Source: Octopus sinensis (lineage: Eukaryota). From it: a stretch of DNA of 64,000 nt. Below the pieces are notes generated by a model, which searched no databases, was not told the DNA's origin, and was given only the letters and a program-made list of their open reading frames with translations. Positions 25,865 to 36,913 of the stretch are shown here, piece after piece. Every line of letters begins with the position of its first letter. The stretch's first letter is position 1. The stretch spans positions 8,060,001 to 8,124,000 of the forward strand of contig NC_043002.1 of NCBI RefSeq assembly GCF_006345805.1, in the 5' to 3' direction. A program made the position numbers and the translations under genes.

Positions 25865-26410
25865 ACTGTTGTTGTTGTTGTTGGTGGTGGTGATGGTGGT
25901 CATCGTCGTCGTCGTCGTCAAGGTGGTGGTGGTGATGGTGGTGGTGGTGATTGTGGTGGTAGTGATGGTGTGGTGGTGATGGTGGTGGTGGTGATGGTAG
26001 TGGCGGTGGTCGTGGTCGTGGTGGTCGTGGTGATGGTGGTCGTGGTCGTGGTCGTGGTGGTGGTGGTCGTGGTGGTGGTTGTGGTGGTCGTGGTCGTGGT
26101 TGTGGTGGTGGTGATGGTGGTGGTGGCGGCGGCGGCAGCGGCGGCGGCGGCGGCGGCGGCGGCGGGGGGGGGGGGGCGGCGGGGCGGCGGCGGCGGCGGC
26201 GCGGCGGGCGGCGGCAGCGGCGGCAGCGGCGGCAGCGGCGCAGCGCGGCAGCGGCGGCAGCGGCGGCAGCGGCGGCAGCGGCGGCAGCGGCGGCAGCCGC
26301 GGCGGCAGCGGCGGCAGCGGCGGCAGCGCGGCGCGGCAGCGGCGGCAGCGGCGGTGGTGATGGTCGTGGTGGTGGTGGTGATTGTGGTGGTCTTGGTGGT
26401 GGTGGTGATT
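25865..26410. repeat. Nested trinucleotide array: GTT/GTG/GTC flanks around a GC-rich (GGC/GCA)n core
   Basis: Core 26127-26352 is almost entirely G/C with GGCAGCGGC 9-mers. Confidence 0.9.
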
Positions 26411-26611
26411 TTTAGCACCAGATCAGCCTTGATCCACCAAACCTATGGTAAAAGCCGCTCTAATCGCCGTGACAATCCTGTTATTCATTCTCGGATATAA
26501 GTAAATCTTAGACTATATTATCCAGTGTGTCTCTTTTTGTCTATGAAGATTGTTGGAGGTAATCAAAGGGAGACTTAGTTGATAATTCTAACAAATTGAG
26601 CAATCCTGTTG

Positions 26612-27026
26612 CTTTATTACCTACAAGGGCTAAACATAGAGGAGACAAACAAGTACAGACAAACGAATTAAGTCGATTACATCGACTCCAGTGCGTTACT
26701 GGTACTTAATTTATGGACCTCGAAAGGATGAAAGGCAAAGTCGACCTCGGCGGAATTTGAACTCAGAACGTAGCGGCAGACGAAATACCTATTTCTATTT
26801 CTTTACTACCCACAAGGGGCTAAACACAGAGAGGACAAACAAGGACAAACAAACGGATTAAGTCGATTATATCGACCCCAGTGCGTAACTGGTACTTAAT
26901 TTATCGACCCCGAAAGGATGAAAGGCAAAGTCGACCTCGGCAGAATTTGAACTGAGAACGTAACGGCAGACGAAATACGGCTACGCATTTCGCCCGGCGT
27001 GCTAATGTTTCTGCCAGCTCACCGCC
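26612..27026 (-). mobile_element. SINE family B: head plus 2 tandem units
   Basis: Junction GAAATACCTATTTC at 26782-26795. Confidence 0.92.
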
Positions 27027-27112
27027 TTATACCGTTGAGCAATCCACGTAGATACAGCCTTATTTTCTTTACTGATATGCATACATGCATACAAATGTAT
27101 GTTTGTGTGCGC

Positions 27113-27171
<59 letters not shown>

Positions 27172-27182
27172 TGTGTTTGTTG

Positions 27183-27570
27183 TAACTATGGAAGATTCTA
27201 AAGCAGCTGTTCCAGGGTGAGTTGTGCACTGGAAAGCGTCCTCAGCATAAACCTTAAAGAATGTTTAAAGACTGCATAAAAGGCAACATGAAGGAAATGC
27301 AGACCAATGTAAAGAATTGAGGTAGAACTAGCTTTGGAAAGAGCTGAGTGGAAGAAGCGTATAAGAGAAGGATGTAAAACTCTTGAAGAGGGCAGCCACG
27401 ACCACGAAAGTGTAAAGCGCTGATCTCAGAGGAAGCTGTCATCGGAAACAGAATGAAAAGATAGTGCTGGAGGTGTTAAACGTATAGCCGTGTACTCCTT
27501 TTCGAGGCTGAGTTTACCAACAGTCTGAAGTCCGGGTGATTCGATGTGCATAGTGAGTGAAAGGGATTGC
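27183..27570 (+). mobile_element. RTE LINE 3' fragment, decayed
   Basis: KQLFQGELCTGKRPQHKP*RMFKDCIKGNMK and ELALERAEWKKRIREGCK match the RTE C-terminal region; right bound approximate. Confidence 0.75.
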
Positions 27571-27784
27571 AAATCGATTTCGGGTCTGAAGAGCAATATG
27601 GCGGTTCACGAGGATCGTATCTCAATTAATCCCAAATAGTCAAGTAGAAGTTACAACTTTCATATGTCACCTAAGGGTCAAACCATGCAGATGTGCTGCA
27701 GGACTGAATGGTTATCTGAGCGGTCATGGACGGATTGTCATTGACAATGAGGAAACTATCAAAGGGCAAACAAACTTAGTCGTT

Positions 27785-28043
27785 GAGGCACGTGACTTAG
27801 TGGCTAGGCTGTTGAACTCATGATCGTAAGGTTGTGGTTTCGATTCCTGGACCGGGCGATGCGTTGTGTTCTTGAGCAAAACACTTCATTTTCACGTTGC
27901 TCCAGTCCACTCAGCTGGCAAAAATGAATAACCCTGCGACGGACCGGCGTCCCGTCCAGGTGGGGAATTTCTACGCCACTGAAACCGGGAAACCGGCCCT
28001 TATGAGCCTGGCATGGCTCGAGAAGGAACATTAAAAAAAAAAT
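27785..28043 (+). mobile_element. tRNA-derived SINE family C, full length with A tail
   Basis: A box TGACTTAGTGG, B box GGTTTCGATTCC, central GCGTTGTGTTCTTGAGCAAAACACTT, poly-A end. Confidence 0.85.
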
Positions 28044-28463
28044 AAACATAGTAGAGTCAATGACCATCCAACGGCTGGTATTGAGAGACTCCTTGTCATG
28101 GTATAGCCATATCTCTAGGAAAAGAAAGACTCTTAAGTAACACCTGCGACTTCTAGTTCTTTTTAGGCAAATTCATTTGTTATTTAGAGAATTAGATTGG
28201 TCAAGAGCAAGGATTTTCCTAACATTAGAAATCAGGCGCATGCGTAACTTGATTTCAACATCCCTTGCATGTGTTGCATATCATGGCTGGCAGTAGGGGA
28301 AAAAGAAAAAAAAACACTCGATGAAAATTCCATAATGGAATGAAAGCATGTGTCAGCATAAGTGATACATCTTTGAAAATCTGCTGCAAGAGATACCCAT
28401 CGTTACCATACCTGGGCAAAAAAGAGAGCTGAAAAGCCACATCCTTGCTGCTTTGAGAGAACG

Positions 28464-28667
28464 ATTCCAGAATTTGAAGTACTAGAAACAAGCGCAGAAA
28501 AAGCTAAGCGCATGAAAACCCGTGCTAAAACTGTTGCCTTAGATATGCTGACTGATAAATGGCAAGAAAAACCTCTCAATGGCAAATACCCGAAGAGAGC
28601 GAATAATGCAGATGTTGACAAAGACTTTACCCATCAGTGGCTAATGGTTTCTGGCTTAAAATCAGAA
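28464..28667 (+). mobile_element. R4/Dong-like non-LTR element, post-RT fragment
   Basis: KWQEKPLNGKYPKRANNADVDKDFTHQWLMVSGLKSE resembles the HGQY...WL..G.LK.ETEG region of R4-clade ORFs. Confidence 0.7.
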
Positions 28668-28749
28668 ATTATCAGTAATTAATGATGGTTTAGCATGCAC
28701 AAGATTAGTTCCTGGGGCAGATGAATGTTGACGGTTTGAGGCCTGAAGC

Positions 28750-29735
28750 AAATGGCTTCTTATCCCCAGCAAGAAGCTATCCTCTATACTGAGAACAATA
28801 TCAGAAATATGAGAGAAAAGATGAGCATTTGGAAAGCAGCAGGACCTGATGAAGTACAGAGATATTGGATTAAAATGTTCAGTAGGTTCCATAAATTGAC
28901 TGCAGAGCAATTTAATGCAGTGATAGATGGAGCAGAAGAAATTCCAGGGTGGTCGACTAAAGGACAAACAGTTTTGTACTTGAAGAATGTTTCAAATTCT
29001 GCCAATGATTACGGGCCAAATTTCTTGATGATAACATTTTACCAATGGAACAAAAAGGTTGTAGAAGGAGATGCAGAGGTACCAAAGACCAACTATCGAC
29101 AGGCAAAATGGTAATGCAAAATTGTAAGCGAAGGAAGACAAATTTGGGAATGGCCTAGGTTAATTACCGCAAAGTTTACGATATGATTCCACATTCGTGG
29201 AGCACTGAGTGCTAAGATATGCCTGAAATTGCAAAGAACGTAGCGTTTTCTGAAGAGAAGTATGGTGGGTTGGAAAATTGAGTTGACATCGTACAGACAA
29301 AGCTTGGGCATCCTGAGCATCAGGAGAGGGATTTTCCAAGGAGATAGCTTACCCCTGTTGCTTTTTGTACTTTGCTTGAATTCTCTGACATTGGTACTGA
29401 GGAAAGTGAACCTGGGATATCAATATAAAGGAAAAGCTCTAATGATCAACTATCTCCTCTTCATGGATGATTTGAAGTTGTATGGCAAGGATGAGATACA
29501 AGTGAGTTCCTATGTGAACACTGTCCACTGTTTTAGTGCTAATATTACGATGGAATTCGGACTCAAAAAGTGTGGTATAATGAGCCTAAAAAGAGACTAA
29601 GTACAGTCTCTGCCAGGGATACAATTACCAAATAGAGGAGTCATATGCAAATTGAAAAGGAAGGATATAAATACCTTGGCATACTTGAGTTCAACGAAAT
29701 CAAGAGAAGGAAATGAAAGAACAGCTGAGGAAAAA
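28750..29735 (+). mobile_element. R4/Dong-like non-LTR reverse transcriptase, pseudogene
   Basis: WKAAGPDEVQRYWIK, RGTKDQL, VNYRKVYDMIPHSW, RRGIFQGDSLPLLLF, INYLLFMDDLKLY, MEFGLKKCG, EGYKYLGILE, with stops and frameshifts. Confidence 0.9.
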
Positions 29736-30544
29736 TAGATAGATAGATAGAGAGAGAGAGAGAGAGGAAGAGATACATACATACATACATACATACATAC
29801 GTACATAACATGTATGTATATAAATAATTAGATAGATATATGAATGTTTTGCGGAATGAGATAAAAAAAGACCAAGGCTGTATAGATATTAGAGCATTTA
29901 TAGATAGAAGGTCTTACAGCTGTTTCTAGGATATTAATTAATAATAATATCCCTTCATCAGAGACGGTGTGAGAGGAAAAGTTAAGTCATAGTTAGTTGT
30001 GATACAAATAGAGAGTGGGGTGGAGGAAAGAAAATAGTTGTGAGATATGTATGGTTATTGAGCTCATAAATCCGTTTTATAGGCATAATGGTATATATGT
30101 GTAATATTCCAATATCCTTTGAGTAAAATCCAAAAGTCCAATAGAGTTTAATATGAGTCCATCCAAATGTAAAGTTTATAAGCAATGTAAGATTCTCTTA
30201 AAGTTGGTCATTCCCAGTAGGGAATTTATATAAATAATTAGATAGATACATAATACATACATACGTGGGTATGTGAGTGTGTATGTGTGTGTGTGTGTTT
30301 GTATGGCGTTCTTAAGTATTACTAGTATTGCTGATAAGAGATTTCAGCTTACCTATCAGCGACGGAGTAGCGACACCGATGAGGATCAAATGTATCCGAA
30401 ATCGACCGATCGATAAGGTGCTCTTGCTTGCTGAGAGAGGTTGTCTCCCATGTCAGTGAATATAATTGTGCTCTGTTTGCGGCTAAGAGTCCTTTGACTC
30501 TTATTTTATATATATATATATATATATATAGTATATATATATAT

Positions 30545-30680
30545 TGGCTATTGGCCTGCTCGCTTAGCCAGCGGGGTGGCGTCATTTGAAGATTAAAACA
30601 ATGCGAAGCGCATTGTGACCGGCGATGTGTAGCAACATCTGATAGCCTGGTCGGTCACGGTGATCACGGCGATATATTAT
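30545..30680 (+). mobile_element. SINE tail fragment (family D tail)
   Basis: GCATTGTGACCGGCGATGTGTAGCAACATCTGATAGCCTGG is shared with 42265-42330. Confidence 0.65.
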
Positions 30681-30967
30681 ATATATATATACATATACGT
30701 ATACACACACATACATATCATACACACACACATAAACACACACTCATACACATATACGCACACACACACATATACACAGACACACACACATATATGCATA
30801 ATACATATATACATATACATACATGTGTGTGTGCGCGCGTGTAGCTGTGTGTATGTGTGCATGCGTGCGTGAGTGTGTGTGTGTGTGTAAGCATATAAAG
30901 CAACTACACGTGAGTGGTTCCCCGTGTATATACGCATAAATTTAGAGTTTTATTAATGCAACCTATA

Positions 30968-31450
30968 TACAGGGATTAAATTTGACGAATTTTTGTCTCT
31001 CCATTTTGCAGGAACAGCTTAATATATTGGTGACCAGACAATGGCATCGGAGAGCAAAAAGATTAAATTTGTAGTTGAGAAAAAGTTAGCTATGGAGGAC
31101 TCCAAGCCATTTGAATATTGGAAAAGAGTTGCCTGTATCCATGGGCCCGGAAACAAGGGGTGCAGGCGGTGCAAGCGCACCCCCTAGAATTTTTGCGGAG
31201 TGCAGAACCAAAATTTGCAGCCCTACTTATTTTTCTCAGGTTCAGAAAACGGTAAATAAAAAGTGATGTGTAAAAAGTAGCTTGAAGTTAGGTTCAAAAC
31301 ACAAAAATAACAGCAAAAAAAAAAGATAAATAAGACCTTGTTTGCAAATATTTTTGGACCTGGGTTTGAACCCCCTAAGCAAATTTCATTCCCGAGCCAG
31401 TGCCTGTATCGTAATGATTCACGTCAGGTATCGAAATACTAAAATCATAA
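30968..31450 (+). mobile_element. Possible Tc1/mariner (maT-like) 5' fragment
   Basis: TA-CAGGG start, acceptor-like TTTTGCAG, then MASESKKIKFVVEKKLAM...RVACI/VMIHVRYRNTK read through the MITE; weak resemblance to transposase N-termini. Confidence 0.35.
31140..31402. mobile_element. hAT-type MITE, 263 bp, 8-bp TSD CCTGTATC
   Basis: TSD at 31132-31139 and 31403-31410; TIRs CATGGGCCCGGAA and TTCCCGAGCCAGTG. Confidence 0.85.
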
Positions 31451-31456
31451 CTTCAG

Positions 31457-31890
31457 CTCTGTTTGTCTGTCCTTGTTTGTTCCCTCTATGTTTAGCCCCT
31501 TGTGGGTAATAAAGAAATAGGTATTTCGTCTGCCGCTACGTTGTGAGTTCAAATTCCGCCGAGGTCGACTTTGCCTTTCATCCTTTCGGGGTCGATAAAT
31601 TAAGTACCAGTTACGCACTGGGGTCGATGTAATCGACTTAATACCTATCTCTGTCCTTGTTTGTCCCCTCTGTGTTTAGCCCTTTGTGGGTAATAAAGAA
31701 ATAGGTATTTCGTCTGTCGCTACGTTCTGAGTTCAAATTCCGCCCAGGTCGACTTTGCCTTTCATCCTTTCGGGGTCGATAAATTAAGTACCAGTTACGC
31801 ACTGGGGTCGATATAATCAACTTAATCCGTTTGTCTGTCTTTGTTTGTCTTCTCTTTGTTTAGCCCCTTGTGTGTAGTAAAGAAATAGGT
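31457..31890 (+). mobile_element. SINE family B: headless array, partial unit plus 2 full 184-bp units
   Basis: Junctions GAAATAGGTATTTC at 31514-31527 and 31698-31711. Confidence 0.92.
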
Positions 31891-32287
31891 ATAGGTAAGA
31901 CAAAATCTTTTTTATTTATGAAAATGTTAATTTACCTGTCCAAGTGATATTTCCTTAAAGGTGGAAAAGCTTAAATAGAACCGAACCCGTAGCTTAAATA
32001 GAACTTCAGAAAATAAAAGAAAACGCACAGGGAAATATATCTTAGTAAGAAAGACTCGAACTAAAACAAATAATTTTACTCTTCTTTTTATTGTTGTGGT
32101 TGTTGTCATTGCTATTGTTGTTTTTATTGGTTGAATTTTTTTTTCTTTACTATTTTTTTTTCTAATGACGAAAGTTTGCTTTTTCGCGCTCCTCGAAATC
32201 ATGGATCACAAGAAATGATGACACCAAAAATTTCTTGGTTTAAGCATCAATAACAATAACATCATCATCATCAATCAACAACGGCAA

Positions 32288-32350
<63 letters not shown>

Positions 32351-32503
32351 AATAATAATAACAACAACAACAACAACAATAATAATAATAATAATTATAA
32401 TAATAATAATAATAATAATAACAATAATAATAATGATAATAATGATAATAATAATAATGATATAATAATAATAATAATAACAATGATAATAATGATAATA
32501 ATG

Positions 32504-32537
<34 letters not shown>

Positions 32538-32830
32538 CAACAACAACAATAATGATGATAATAATAATAATGATATTAACAAAATAATAATAATAACACA
32601 ACAACAATAATAACAACAACAACAATAATAATAATAATAATAATAACAACAACAACAATAATAACAATGAGGATATTAACAATAATAATAATAACAACAA
32701 CAATAATAACAACCACAATAACAACAACAACAATAATACTAATAATAATAATAATAATAATAACAAGAAGAAGAAGAAGAAGAAGAAGAAGAAGAAGAAG
32801 AAGAAGAAGAAGAAGAATGACAATAATATT
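32288..32830. repeat. (AAT/AAC)n plus (AGA)n microsatellite
   Basis: Directly visible. Confidence 0.95.
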
Positions 32831-32869
32831 AACAACAATACGAAAATGATATTATGAAGTTAATCCGGG

Positions 32870-33327
32870 ATAATGCAAATGCAGCAGACAGACATTAGGG
32901 GCGGGAAGCTTACAACCACAGACTCGGACCCGGCACCCACTCACCACCGACTGCCTCATCCTCATCTCCCCCAGCCACCGCCGCCTCCATCTATCATAGG
33001 TGAAAGCTTGAATCAGTCGTGCATAACAGTTTGTGATACCGGTTCACACCACTTTACATTCGACCTTACACCACTCATCGTAGCCAGCGTTGTTGTTGTT
33101 GTTGCTGTTGCTGTTTTTATTGTTGATGATATAGTTGTTGTTATTGTTGCCGTCGTAACCGCTGCTGTCGTAGATCTCGACCGTCACGTGTTTAAGTAAC
33201 GCCATATTTGTTATACTTTTGTACCTACACTTCGTAACTCCGCTGCATTCGCTCTTCCAAAAATGTTGACTGGGGAAACGGGTGCCGCGAGAGAATAATA
33301 ATGGAGATTAATATGAAAAGAAAGAAA

Positions 33328-33372
<45 letters not shown>

Positions 33373-34200
33373 CCAGAAAGAAAGAAAGAAAGAAAGAAAG
33401 CAAAAGTGTGATGATATTAGTGCATACGTTCGTAATAAAGGTGTGGCACGTGTGCCATAGCTGAATGACTCCACCCATTTTTTGTTTAATATCTCTTACC
33501 CCATCCTTGCACTCCTCGAAGCAGCACGGAATAACTTATCCTTCACTTTCCTCATCATCGGCGACGTCGTCTCTCAAGCGAAACCGCTGGACAGTCAGTA
33601 GACAGTCGTCCCATTTTCAGGCCCACCATGCATTTGGCCATCGAAATAACTCATGAATTGATCGGCCTTGTTAAACACTTCTGGTGGCAACAGGGCACTG
33701 TGCGCAGGGGCGGGCAAGATAAAACATACGAAACGAATAAGACATACGTGCAAAGCCAACCAAGACTGGCAGGCATAATGAGAAGATGCATACTAATAGA
33801 TTAACAGCATTCTGGAGTTTTCTCCTCCGAATCCGCTCAACTGTGACCAATCGGCCCCAAAATATGACACCATTTTGGAAAATAGTGTCGACACGTGAAC
33901 AGAGCAATGCTTCCTATCTTTTTTTCTTTTTTTATTATTATTGTTTCTTTTCCTCTCCTCTTTCCGCCTTGCTGTCTCTGTGTCTCACTCTCTTCTCTTC
34001 TTCCCTCTCTCTCTCTCTCTCTCATTTTCCTTCCCTCTCAAGCTTCGATGGTCGACTGCGTACCACTGAACGCAGCATGAAACTTGCCAACACCATCATT
34101 TACTTTGCTCATAAATGTTGCTAGACTGAAAATCCGAATCAGTAATATGAATTACTCCTCTTCCACTTATGTGTGACGATCAGCGGTCACGTGTGTGTCT
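32870..34200. promoter_or_regulatory. Candidate regulatory island
   Basis: Mostly unique, CpG-richer DNA with ATGCAAAT (32873), GGGGCGGG (32898, 33707), CCAAT (33847) and four CACGTG (33185, 33447, 33892, 34188). Motif evidence only. Confidence 0.3.
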
Positions 34201-34742
34201 GCTTGCTTTATCTTACAATAACAAGGTCGAGAATTAAAAAAAAATATTTTTAAAAACAACCCAAAAATTTTGTCAAAACCTACAACATAACTGTAAGAGA
34301 AAGTTACGTTTCAACCTCCTTAAACAAGGCCAGGATAGCTTTTTTTTTAAATTTATTTTTTTCACTATTCTTACTATATTTTTTTTTATCTACTCTTCAT
34401 TTCCTGTTAAGCAGATTCTCATAGCAGATTTTCTCATCTATCGAGACCACTCATAAAAATCGCGAATCGATGCAGCAGCAATAATCTATAATATATAGGC
34501 TGAAAACTGCAAGTGTTCTGTCAATTCGGTTCCTATAAAATTTATTATTTACATATGTATGTTTACGTCAAGTGTTGTATGCTTGTATAGCAGCGGAGAA
34601 GTTTGCAGGTCAATTCTATTGCAATTGTGAAACCTCTCCGAAGACCACCACCACCACCACTACCACCACAACAACAATCACCACTAATAGCACAGTACAA
34701 CTGCAGTATATCTCTAACTGAATTATGAACAGGGGATATATC

Positions 34743-35151
34743 TATTTCTTTACTACCCACAAGGGGCTAAACCCAGAGAGGACAAACAAGGACAGACAAA
34801 CGGATTAAGTCGATTATATCGACCCCAGTGCGTAACTGGTACTTTATTTATCGATCCTGAAAGGATGAAAGGCAAAGTCGAACTCGGCGGTATTTGAACT
34901 CACAACGTAGCGGCAGACGAAATACCTACTTCTTTACTACCCACAAGGGGCTAAACACAGAGAGGACAAACAAGGACAGACAAACGGATTAAGTCGATTA
35001 CATCGATCCCAGTGCGTAACTGGTACTTAATTTATCGACCCCGAAAGAATGAAAGGTAAAGTTGACCTCGGCGGAATTTGAACTCAGAACGCAGCGGCGG
35101 ACGAAATACCACAAAGCATTTGGCCCGGCGTGCTAACGTTTCTGCCAGCTC
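34743..35151 (-). mobile_element. SINE family B: head plus 2 tandem units
   Basis: 185-bp periodicity; junction GAAATACCTACTTC at about 34920. Confidence 0.92.
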
Positions 35152-35521
35152 TTGGATGCTAACTGAGGTTCTTTATTATTTAACTGTGTATCTGTGTGTA
35201 TTTGTTACCTTAATGTGTATTGAATAAAGATATACAGTATACATATACTATACATATGAGTGTGTGTATCTATATACGTATGGCGTTTACATATATATGT
35301 GTGTGCGTGTGTGTGTGTGTTTGTATAATGTATGTGTTTATATAAATATATATTATGGGGAATAATATATATATATATATATACTATATATATATATACC
35401 CAAGCCTATTCCCCATTTTTTTAGGAAGGGGTAACCACAAGACACACACCAGGCATTCCATTCATTCTTTCTCAGCTCAGTATAAATATATATGTGTGTG
35501 TGTTGTGGTTGTGTGTGTCTG

Positions 35522-35555
<34 letters not shown>

Positions 35556-35560
35556 ATATA

Positions 35561-35602
<42 letters not shown>

Positions 35603-35636
35603 TACATACATATATATATATATACATATATACATA

Positions 35637-35680
<44 letters not shown>

Positions 35681-35689
35681 ATATATATT

Positions 35690-35796
35690 CTTTTAGTCTT
35701 TTATTCTTTTACTTGTTTCAGTCATTTGACTGCGGCCATGCTGGAGCATCACCTTAAAGGGTTATTTTAGTCGAATAACTCGACCTCAGGACTTTA
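35690..35796 (-). mobile_element. SINE family A 3' tail fragment
   Basis: ACTTGTTTCAGTCATTTGACTGCGGCCATGCTGGAGCA is the reverse complement of the family A tail. Confidence 0.8.
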
Positions 35797-35833
35797 GAGG
35801 CTTCTACACTGAATTTATCTATCTATCTATCTG

Positions 35834-35876
<43 letters not shown>

Positions 35877-36289
35877 CTATCTATCTATCTATCTATCCTT
35901 ACCTCTTTCTCTCATTCACTTTCTCCATATGTGCGTGCATGTGTGTGCGGCATATTTCCTATAAATTGCTGTTGTTATTGTTGTTGTTTAACCACCAGCT
36001 CAACCTAATGGAGCGCACGTAAATATGATCAAGGGCATTTTCGTCGTGACTATTTCTTTCAAACATATGTCTTAATATGGCATGCCATTCTTTTCTCCAA
36101 TACGATAGGGTGTGGACTTGAGAGTTATTTAGCAACTCAAACCAAAGCATAGCTCAACTAAGCAATGTTTTTACTCACTCGCTCAACTAACCAATGTTTT
36201 CACAGATGGTGGTCCACTATAATGAAACCAAAGGTAGTGACATTTTTGCGGTGATAAAATCTGCTAGACCGGATCTCCACACCCTTTTT

Positions 36290-36665
36290 TCACTTGCGGT
36301 ACCCTTATATTCTTTTCAAAATTCGGTTGCGCACCGGAACTAAAAATCTAACAAAAAGTATAAGGGAAAAATTATATACAGGTTACACTGTGGCACACCT
36401 AGCATCGTCTCGTGGCACACCACTGTATCACGGAATACCGGTTACGGAGCACTGTGCTGACCAGTGGTTCTGAACCAGAGTTCATGTAACCTTTGGGGAT
36501 CCATATAAGATTTTGTTATTAAAATGTGTGTAATAAATTGGCCATACGTCTACGTTACACAAAATATCTTAATATTTATTTTATTAAATTCTTAATATCT
36601 AACTACAAAAATATATGATTCTTTTAAACATCGAATAGCTAAGAGAGTCCATCTGAGTAAAATAG
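36290..36665. mobile_element. Two abutting hAT-like MITE fragments
   Basis: Right-end-like GTGGCACAC...CCGGTTACGGAGCACTG at about 36380-36455 and left-end-like CAGTGGTTCTGAACC at 36462; no TSD verified. Confidence 0.4.
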
Positions 36666-36779
36666 AGACAGAAACAGAGAGGGAGAGAGGCAGAAACAGG
36701 GAGGGAGAGAGACAGAAACAGGGAGGGAGAGAGACAGAGAGAGAGGGGGTAGAGAAAAGGAGAGAAATCAGTGATCTCA

Positions 36780-36913
36780 TTACTTGACTGCTGTATTTAT
36801 CGAATCTGAGAGGATGAAAGACAAAGTTGATATGAAATGAAAACGCAAAGAGCTGGATCGAATACTGCACCGGTTTATACCCGGTGCTCTAACGACTCTG
36901 CTGTTTCACCGCC
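36780..36913 (-). mobile_element. Old decayed SINE family B copy
   Basis: GAGGATGAAAGACAAAGTTG...CTAACGACTCTGC...CACCGCC. Confidence 0.55.

Noticed and set aside
25918-26500. Gly/Arg/Ala-rich ORFs over the GC repeat
   Set aside because: Open on both strands because the repeat has no stops; no splice or domain support.
28320-28380. FHNGMKACVS, RTE-like RT snippet
   Set aside because: Too short to call.
31457-31890. CRISPR-like appearance of tandem SINE B units
   Set aside because: No unique spacers, eukaryotic context, no cas genes.
33628-33804. 58-aa ORF with acceptor and CCCACCATG context
   Set aside because: No recognisable homology or downstream donor; kept only as part of the regulatory-island candidate.
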